Translations under genes and position numbers: made by a program
Origin: a virus
Lineage: Duplodnaviria; Caudoviricetes
Length of the DNA: 31,544 bases
Reading direction: 5' to 3' (one strand)
Virus record (IMG/VR): IMGVR_UViG_3300044608_001478
Location: 1-31,544 of that record
In this document: positions 25,958 to 31,544 of the stretch, in pieces
Layout of the letters: every line of letters begins with the position of its first letter
Numbering within the stretch: position 1 is the first letter of the stretch
Notes under the pieces: generated by a model
The model's input: the letters and a program-made list of their open reading frames with translations, nothing else
What the model was told of the DNA's origin: nothing
Database searches by the model: none

Positions 25958-26061
25958 CTTTTTGGTTTTATTGGTCTAATTGGTTTTTGTGGGGATGCAG
26001 GTCTGGGTTTGGATCCTCCACAGGATCCACAGGCCATGTAAATGTTGAGATCTTTAATCAT
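25954..26061 (-). CDS. Tiny basic CxxC peptide (35 aa, or 27 aa from ATG 26037)
   Basis: Hand translation MIKDLNIYMACGSCGGSKPRPASPQKPIRPIKPKR. A-rich leader; stop overlaps the holin ATG (ATGA). Confidence 0.6.
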   Translation of the reverse strand: MIKDLNIYMACGSCGGSKPRPASPQKPIRPIKPKR

Positions 26062-26082
26062 GATTTTTGTTTTTTGGTTTTT

Positions 26083-27024
26083 TTATGGTAGTCCCTGCAC
26101 ATATCTGGACTGATTGCAAGTGATACAACAATCATCCACCTTCTGCAACAGGGTGGGCAAAGATGCAATGAGAGTTTTCATGTGTTTTTCATACTGACTG
26201 GTGAATTCCTCCAATAAAAAAGCCCCCTTTTCTGAATCTAACAAGGTGATAGAATTCAGTCTATCTGTGGTCAGTGATTCCTTCACCACTTCAATTCCAG
26301 ATTTGTAAAGTATAGGGAAGACCAGTTTGTGGGCAAGGATGCAACCAAGTTCATTCTGTGAACATTCTGCATTTGCCTGGACCATGAGTCCATAGGTTGT
26401 ATTTGAATAGGATGATCCATTCCATCCAGTGGCCACAATGTATTGTGAATTTCTGGTGGTGCAGTTGCATCCAGGTTTGACTTTGGTGTTGTTGACATTG
26501 ATAGCACTATCATCCATAGTCACATAGATGGAGGCAGATGAAGAGAGGAAGTCTGGGAAGATTTCTGCATCTCCATTGGCATCAGTAGTGAATGGCCAGG
26601 AATAGGTGTTGACTCCATCAATGATCTCCACAGAATGGGCAAAGTTTACCTGTTGGATTTTTATTTTGATGGAATTGACTCTGATTTTCAAAAGTCTGGA
26701 TTGTTTAATTTTCAATTCCATGCCTCTGTCCAGTGCTGATGGAGGAAGATTGTTGGTTCCCCAATCACCTACCAGGATCTCATCCAGGATGGACTTCATT
26801 CTGAAGTAGGGCAGGGCATAGGTTGTCAAATCTGCCAGGACCAGACTGGTGGCAAAATAGATTTTGGATTTGAGAAATTCAAGTCCAGAGACATGGTCTG
26901 AATCCACTATGTCTGCAGCATATCGAAGATTCAATCCTTCCAGATCATTTATGTAGAATCCTGATTTTGGACTTTGGGTGAGACATCTCACTCCAATGAA
27001 GTCATTGAGACAATTTGGGAGCAT
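26083..27024 (-). CDS. Putative head-tail adaptor / neck protein with an inserted beta domain
   Basis: 313 aa, helical ends around a beta-rich core, 9 Cys (PGCNC, DDCCITC). Positioned after capsid and tail tube. Confidence 0.5.
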   Translation of the reverse strand: MLPNCLNDFIGVRCLTQSPKSGFYINDLEGLNLRYAADIVDSDHVSGLEFLKSKIYFATSLVLADLTTYALPYFRMKSILDEILVGDWGTNNLPPSALDRGMELKIKQSRLLKIRVNSIKIKIQQVNFAHSVEIIDGVNTYSWPFTTDANGDAEIFPDFLSSSASIYVTMDDSAINVNNTKVKPGCNCTTRNSQYIVATGWNGSSYSNTTYGLMVQANAECSQNELGCILAHKLVFPILYKSGIEVVKESLTTDRLNSITLLDSEKGAFLLEEFTSQYEKHMKTLIASLPTLLQKVDDCCITCNQSRYVQGLP

Positions 27025-27526
27025 AGTTAAATGGATCTATTTTGTAGATATTTTTATCAGATATTTTGACCAGGCATTTGTTGACCAGGTAGTCTGGGAC
27101 CCAGAATGATGGGCAGGATTTATTGTCAAATTGATTGTGACCTGCAATGATCACATCTGGATTGTAGGATAGGACCTCTGCAATGATAGTTGACATTGTT
27201 GCATTTTGGGCATCTGTCAATGTATTTTTTGCAGTCTTTTTATCCTGTGCCAGTCCTCCAACATAACAGAGATGCCTGGAGATGGAATTCATTCCTGCCA
27301 CCCCATTGGTGATCTCTTCACCATCAATCCATTTGTCGAAGTTGTGTTTGACAAATTTGTGTCTGGATCCATCCAAAAGGATGACATCTGAATATCCTAC
27401 CTGTTTCCATCCTCTGCCCAATGGTTTTGGTGCAGTGTGCCACTTTCTTATAGTCTGTGGTGTCACTTGCCTCCCTTCTGGAGTGGCAGTGCAATGGATG
27501 ATCAGATAGGTGAATATTTTACTCAT
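27002..27526 (-). CDS. Endolysin, N-acetylmuramoyl-L-alanine amidase (Amidase_2, T7 lysozyme-like)
   Basis: IIHCTAT, RGWKQVGY, CYVGG and IAGHNQFDNKSCPSF zinc-amidase motifs. Confidence 0.93.
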   Translation of the reverse strand: MSKIFTYLIIHCTATPEGRQVTPQTIRKWHTAPKPLGRGWKQVGYSDVILLDGSRHKFVKHNFDKWIDGEEITNGVAGMNSISRHLCYVGGLAQDKKTAKNTLTDAQNATMSTIIAEVLSYNPDVIIAGHNQFDNKSCPSFWVPDYLVNKCLVKISDKNIYKIDPFNYAPKLSQ

Positions 27527-28029
27527 GACTCTGGATCTTCAGTCAGTTCTGGAAATGGTGGGTTGAATGGTTCCTCCACCATTGGTGATGGTGATGGGAT
27601 CTCCAATGTTCCACTGATCAAAAAAGTGTCATATTTTGGATTCTCACATTTTTCAACAATGATATTGGGATAGGTCTCTTTCAACCAATTGAACATTCCC
27701 TGAATCTCTTTGTTTTCTTTATACCTATAGGCATACTTATTAAAAAGTAGAACAACAGATTCACCATTGCAGAGTGTCTCTTTCCAGGATTCCTGGACTA
27801 CAGAGATTGATTCATTTTCTGCCAGGGTAAAAAGTCCCATTTTTTTCCTTACCTCATTGAGTCCTTTTGTGTCTCTTCCCTGCAATGACCAGATGGGCCA
27901 TGTGTCATCATCTACCTGTCCCACCAAAATGGTGATGTCATAGGATCTCCCTATTCCATAGTGAATGGCATCCACTGCAGCAATGACCACTGGGTTGATA
28001 TTTTCAAGTTTTGGTTTTTCGTTTATCAT
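27523..28029 (-). CDS. Hypothetical protein with Pro/acidic tail (168 aa)
   Basis: ORF coupled to the amidase (ATGA). Confidence 0.7.
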   Translation of the reverse strand: MINEKPKLENINPVVIAAVDAIHYGIGRSYDITILVGQVDDDTWPIWSLQGRDTKGLNEVRKKMGLFTLAENESISVVQESWKETLCNGESVVLLFNKYAYRYKENKEIQGMFNWLKETYPNIIVEKCENPKYDTFLISGTLEIPSPSPMVEEPFNPPFPELTEDPES

Positions 28030-28051
28030 GATTTTATTGTTTAAATTTTAT

Positions 28052-28097
28052 CAAAAATAATAAAGGGACCCAAAGAATCAAATCCTGGGTCCCTTTA
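28052..28097 (-). terminator. Rho-independent terminator after the capsid and tail tube genes
   Basis: 12-bp stem TAAAGGGACCCA/TGGGTCCCTTTA (28061-28072 / 28086-28097), followed on the - strand by TTATTTTTG, which also matches TAnnTTTG. Confidence 0.8.
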
Positions 28098-28122
28098 ATA
28101 TTTAAACGAGTTAGTCAGTGGA

Positions 28123-28668
28123 CTACAAACCATCCAAATCCACCACCACTGGGCAGATCATTGTGATTGAGTTCCATGCCAGTGACCCATCAAGATAGGT
28201 TGACCCTGTGTTGTTGTCTTCAATCACCTCATCAATTTCAATAGTGAAATCATTGATGGGGCCATAGAAATAACCATCACAGGAATAATATCCCATTTTG
28301 TAATTTGATGACTGACTCTGGAATGTATTCCAAAAGTCATAAACTGCACAACCACCAGGTGTTGAATCTGTGTTGTAGTCCTGGAATGTGAGAGTCTTCT
28401 CACCACCAACCACTGATTCTGGTTGACATGATGCCACCCTTTTTTTGGTGAATGATCCTTTTGGTTTTTGACCCAAAATCAATCCAGAGAAGACTGCATT
28501 GTTTGCAGCGACTGCAGTGACCCAGGCAGACCGAAGAGTCCAGTCCCATGTTTCATCACATTTGATGAAGATTATTTGTTTTATCCCACCTGGTCTGGTA
28601 GTGATGCCACATCCTCCAGTGTATGATGCTGGTAGATCTGGGGCACATAATGTGTTGCATATTGCCAT
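28123..28668 (-). CDS. Probable major tail tube protein
   Basis: 181 aa, beta-rich; CG...GGIKQIIFIK, KRVASCQPE.VVGGEKTLTFQD, YYSCDGYFYG. Shares a terminator with the capsid gene, consistent with a high-copy protein. Confidence 0.65.
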   Translation of the reverse strand: MAICNTLCAPDLPASYTGGCGITTRPGGIKQIIFIKCDETWDWTLRSAWVTAVAANNAVFSGLILGQKPKGSFTKKRVASCQPESVVGGEKTLTFQDYNTDSTPGGCAVYDFWNTFQSQSSNYKMGYYSCDGYFYGPINDFTIEIDEVIEDNNTGSTYLDGSLAWNSITMICPVVVDLDGL

Positions 28669-28704
28669 GATATTTTTCCTCCTTTTTTTTTATTAATTAA
28701 TTAA

Positions 28705-29724
28705 TTAACCTGGACAAACAATTCCTTGGTCAGTGCTGCAATCTTCAAAAGATAGAGTTCCATTGATGTCTGCATCTGCACATGATGAATTTTGTGGCAC
28801 AAAGAATTGATTGTAATTCAAACTAAGTTCAACAAACCATTTTTCAGTGCAATCATCATAACTTGTTTTTAAGTCATAGACCAATCCAGTGAATGGATCA
28901 ACAATGGTTCCATGCTCAAAAGAGTCATTTCTTTTTGCATAGTCACCCACATATTTGTTCCAGGTGATTAACTGAACAGATCCTGGCGCAATAGCAGCAA
29001 ACATTGTGGATCCCCACAAAGTTGATGCAGATGGTGAATGATAGAAGTACGCATCACCAGTCATTCGTGATAGATCCATTCCACCAGAATTGCAACAGGC
29101 AATTTGTTGTGCCTTTGCAAATAGGTCAAAGTTTCCACCACCAACCAATAATGGTGTTCCCATGGCTCCCATCTCTTCATAGATGTGTTTCACATAGGCC
29201 CATGCCATTGGATTTGGTGATCCAGTTGATGTAAACAATGGGACGGGGTGAGCAGTGACTCCTGATGCATCAGATCCATAGTTCAATGCCTGTCCTGCCA
29301 AAAGTGCCTTCTCTAAAGAGACATTGATTGCATTCATTGCATTCATAATGTTCTGACCCACCCATAAATTGTCTGCCTCACATAATTTTCTCATCTCCAT
29401 TTCATCAAATCCCATTTTGTATTTAAGGCAATTGAATGAAGAGATGATTGTCTCTTTTGGTGCAGGATTGATTTCTGGTGTGCAGTTCAACACACAATCA
29501 TCCAATACAACATCATCACAGGCCTGGGCCACCCAGTTCACCTGTACTTGTCGAAATTTTCCATTAGTTGGGACTATTTGTGCCATCATCTGTGATCTGT
29601 TGATCTCGGACATGAGTGCATCAGTATACCCTACTTTTTGTCTTTTTAAAGAGGGAGAGTTCATCCCTGCAATATCATTAAGGTTGGCCTGTAGTTTACT
29701 ACAAAGGCCTTGAGTGTATGCCAT
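28705..29724 (-). CDS. Major capsid protein
   Basis: 339 aa after the scaffold gene, with an HK97-like layout (long helix NIMNAMNAINVSLEKALL, then GTPLLVGGG); 12 Cys. Confidence 0.8.
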   Translation of the reverse strand: MAYTQGLCSKLQANLNDIAGMNSPSLKRQKVGYTDALMSEINRSQMMAQIVPTNGKFRQVQVNWVAQACDDVVLDDCVLNCTPEINPAPKETIISSFNCLKYKMGFDEMEMRKLCEADNLWVGQNIMNAMNAINVSLEKALLAGQALNYGSDASGVTAHPVPLFTSTGSPNPMAWAYVKHIYEEMGAMGTPLLVGGGNFDLFAKAQQIACCNSGGMDLSRMTGDAYFYHSPSASTLWGSTMFAAIAPGSVQLITWNKYVGDYAKRNDSFEHGTIVDPFTGLVYDLKTSYDDCTEKWFVELSLNYNQFFVPQNSSCADADINGTLSFEDCSTDQGIVCPG

Positions 29725-29771
29725 TTTTTTAGCAGTTTTTTAAGTTAGAATGTTAGTGAATTTTGAATTGG

Positions 29772-29926
29772 TTTGGGACCAAAAAAAAAACCCGAAAACA
29801 GAATCATTCTCCACCATTACTGGTTTTGATGATGCCATTTTTGGGTTGGCTGAATCCCCTGTTGTGATTTTTGGATCACATTCCACAGGTGGTCATTTTT
29901 GGTCTGACCAGGACCCAGGTTCCAAA
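29772..29926 (-). ncRNA. Candidate structured cis-regulatory leader / attenuator upstream of the capsid gene
   Basis: Three hairpins sharing CCAAAAAU (29890-29910, 29863-29880, 29834-29850) and an alternative helix 29835-29845 / 29791-29801 followed by U10. Confidence 0.6.
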
Positions 29927-29930
29927 TATA
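29923..29930 (-). promoter_or_regulatory. Bacteroidota-type -7 box TATATTTG heading the capsid leader
   Basis: Exact TAnnTTTG just after the scaffold stop codon. Confidence 0.55.
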
Positions 29931-29936
29931 GTAAAA

Positions 29937-30752
29937 TTATTTACCAAATGTTCTCATCTGGGACATTTTATCAACATTTTCCTGTGCTGCCTTCAGACCT
30001 GGGAGATGGAATTTGGCCTCACCTCCCTCTGCCTGGAGAGTCTGTGTTCTCGCCCTGTTTGGTGTTGGATCTGGTGTTCCATTGGATTGTTTGATAACAT
30101 TGAGATCTCTCAATTGTGTCTCCAGGATCTCCTCAAATGACATCACCTTTGTCCCATCCTGGTTGAGTGGGTTCAGTCCTGCCTTTGTTTTGACTATGAA
30201 AGATCCATCATCATTCATGTCAATATCATAAAAGGAATTCAGATGACTCTGGATGGCAGGATAAACCACCTCTGGTTTCACAATCAATGATTTTGATCCA
30301 AGGATGGATTTGATGGCAATGTCTTTTTTGTAACTTTTTAGGACATCTTTGGCCTCCTGTTCCTTTTGTGGAATGACTTCCTCCATTAATTTTTTATTTT
30401 CCCTGGTCAGTTCCATGACTTTTGTCTGGAGTTCATCTGAAGTGGAAGATGATGTGGTCTTTGATTTATCCTGGGCCAGTGCCAGGATCTCCTCAAACTT
30501 TTTGTCTTTGATCTCTTCTGAAGTCAATCCAAATGTCTTTTTGATTTTGTGTTCCATTTTGGAGAGTTCTGTCCCTTTGATCTCATCTTTGATGGGTTGA
30601 ATGAATTCTGGATCATTTGATAGGACTTCCTTCCATGAGTCCTTCCAGGATTTTGCCAATTCATCGACTTGGATGTCTTCATCACTGGATAGTTTGATAA
30701 TCATGTCAGATTTGACACCAATTTTTTTGAGGAATGTTTCAAAGTTTTTCAT
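29937..30752 (-). CDS. Capsid scaffolding protein
   Basis: 271 aa, highly charged coiled coil, immediately upstream of the capsid gene. Confidence 0.75.
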   Translation of the reverse strand: MKNFETFLKKIGVKSDMIIKLSSDEDIQVDELAKSWKDSWKEVLSNDPEFIQPIKDEIKGTELSKMEHKIKKTFGLTSEEIKDKKFEEILALAQDKSKTTSSSTSDELQTKVMELTRENKKLMEEVIPQKEQEAKDVLKSYKKDIAIKSILGSKSLIVKPEVVYPAIQSHLNSFYDIDMNDDGSFIVKTKAGLNPLNQDGTKVMSFEEILETQLRDLNVIKQSNGTPDPTPNRARTQTLQAEGGEAKFHLPGLKAAQENVDKMSQMRTFGK

Positions 30753-30972
30753 CTTCTGTTGTGTTTTGAGTTGTTGTTTCTGTTGATTCTGGTTGTTTTT
30801 TGAATTTGCCTTTGATAGGTGTGTTCTGGATTATAGGTGGAGGAGTCTCCAGGATTTCCAGGTTGATCCATTTTTTTTGTTTTTTGAGGATGTTCACTGC
30901 AATATGAGTCATCTTACAGACTTTCCCATTTTTTGTGTTCATCACACTAACATACTGATTGAATGTTGTCAT
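30739..30972 (-). CDS. Hypothetical protein (77 aa)
   Basis: ATG with A-rich leader; overlaps the scaffold start. Confidence 0.65.
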   Translation of the reverse strand: MTTFNQYVSVMNTKNGKVCKMTHIAVNILKKQKKWINLEILETPPPIIQNTPIKGKFKKQPESTETTTQNTTEDEKL

Positions 30973-30993
30973 AGTTTTTTTTAAGTTTATAGT

Positions 30994-31203
30994 TTAAATA
31001 TTTTCTGCCTGTTCTTGTATTCCCTCCCACATATCAGGTGGGACCTGGACCCAAAACCATTCTGATCCTTCTGGATTGATAAATGGATTGTCAATCTCTG
31101 CCTGAAGGATGATTTTGTAGATGTTCACCAGTGACTCCATGTCACCAATCTGGACTGCCTGTTCTGTCAATTCAGACAGGGATTGAATTTGCTCTATTCT
31201 CAT
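30994..31203 (-). CDS. Small acidic protein (69 aa), candidate immunity protein for the MuF metallopeptidase
   Basis: ATGA-coupled to the MuF stop; position matches MuF toxin-immunity pairs. Confidence 0.5.
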   Translation of the reverse strand: MRIEQIQSLSELTEQAVQIGDMESLVNIYKIILQAEIDNPFINPEGSEWFWVQVPPDMWEGIQEQAENI

Positions 31204-31544
31204 TTTGTTTCTATTATGGTATCAAGTTTAATTCCTATTGACTGGGCATAGTCCTCAAACCAGGCAAAGACTTTGGGATGATTTGTTTTAAGTCCCTTTC
31301 TGTCATAGGTATAAAAGGTATATGCCTCTGTGAAAAATTCCATTTTGTTGCTCTCACCATATTCTGTTGGAGAATCTTTGAGGGTCAATTGATATTTTCT
31401 CATGAATTCTTGCATATTATATCCACTCAATAAGACATCTGGATCTTTATCAAATTGAATGAGATGACCACTCTCATGGGTGATGGTGGGTGCAATGTTT
31501 CTCACTCCCCTATTTGCCACTCCTGCAGAAGACATGGACCACCA
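31200..31544 (-). CDS. 3' end of the MuF-metallopeptidase gene (not an independent 111-aa gene)
   Basis: Same frame as 1-1606 through the terminal repeat. THESGHLI...SPTEYGESNKMEFFTEAY...HPKVFAWF matches the lethal-factor-like zincin pattern. Confidence 0.85.
   Translation of the reverse strand, partial: WWSMSSAGVANRGVRNIAPTITHESGHLIQFDKDPDVLLSGYNMQEFMRKYQLTLKDSPTEYGESNKMEFFTEAYTFYTYDRKGLKTNHPKVFAWFEDYAQSIGIKLDTIIETK
31400..31544. repeat. Terminal direct repeat, right copy
   Basis: 144/145 identical to 1-145. Confidence 0.97.

Larger units (their letters stand above)
1..31544 (-). mobile_element. Complete tailed bacteriophage genome (siphovirus-like, probable Bacteroidota host), circularly permuted, unit length ~31,399 bp
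   Basis: Terminase, portal, capsid, tape measure, lysis and replication genes are all present with no host genes. The ends overlap by 145 bp and one ORF reads in frame across the junction. Confidence 0.95.

Noticed and set aside
29772-29926. tRNA or a known riboswitch
   Set aside because: No T-loop/D-loop consensus and no aptamer I recognise. Kept only as an unclassified structured leader.
81-30984. The many + strand ORFs in the track (e.g. 9286-9936, 1392-1859, 12195-12665)
   Set aside because: They are antisense shadows of well-supported - strand genes and show no recognisable motifs or initiation context.
31200-31535. Independent 111-aa gene
   Set aside because: It is the in-frame C-terminus of the ORF starting at 1606.
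31400-31544. Diversity-generating retroelement TR/VR pair (an A-to-T change in a near-identical repeat)
   Set aside because: Only one mismatch, no reverse transcriptase in the genome, and the repeat is explained by circular overlap.
1-31544. Stop-codon reassignment
   Set aside because: Genes tile the genome densely under the standard code. TAA, TGA and occasionally TAG (15558, 28123) all end genes at sensible places.

Overview
The window looks like one complete, circularly permuted tailed-phage genome of about 31,399 bp. Bases 1-145 repeat at 31400-31544 with one mismatch. The host is probably Bacteroidota, based on TTTG-N19-TAnnTTTG promoter boxes and A-rich starts without Shine-Dalgarno sites. 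Every credible gene is on the minus strand. The early/replication block (22526 to ~15550) encodes small accessory proteins, a Bet-type recombinase, a replication initiator with a probable internal origin, and SSB. The morphogenesis genes follow in an unusual order: TerS, TerL, a tail chaperone with a -1 frameshift, tape measure, three Cys-rich tail-tip proteins, portal, a MuF-like head protein, scaffold, major capsid, tail tube, then neck genes interleaved with amidase, holin and spanin. The MuF-like gene spans the contig junction, is largely missed by the ORF track, and carries a C-terminal HExxH metallopeptidase domain followed by a possible immunity gene. I found no integrase, polymerase, helicase, methyltransferase, tRNA or CRISPR. 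Five signals stand out. (1) Predicted outer virion proteins are very Cys-rich while tape measure, scaffold and chaperone G have no Cys, and the late genes include a 4-TM CxxC protein and a tiny CxxC peptide, suggesting a phage disulfide-formation system. (2) A structured leader in front of the capsid gene has three CCAAAA(A)-loop hairpins and a competing terminator. (3) The MuF-metallopeptidase and its neighbour look like a toxin/immunity pair. (4) CpG is almost absent while GATC and CCWGG are enriched. (5) Identical 19-nt boxes delimit early-gene cassettes. All product calls come from motif recognition and synteny by eye; no database searches were run.
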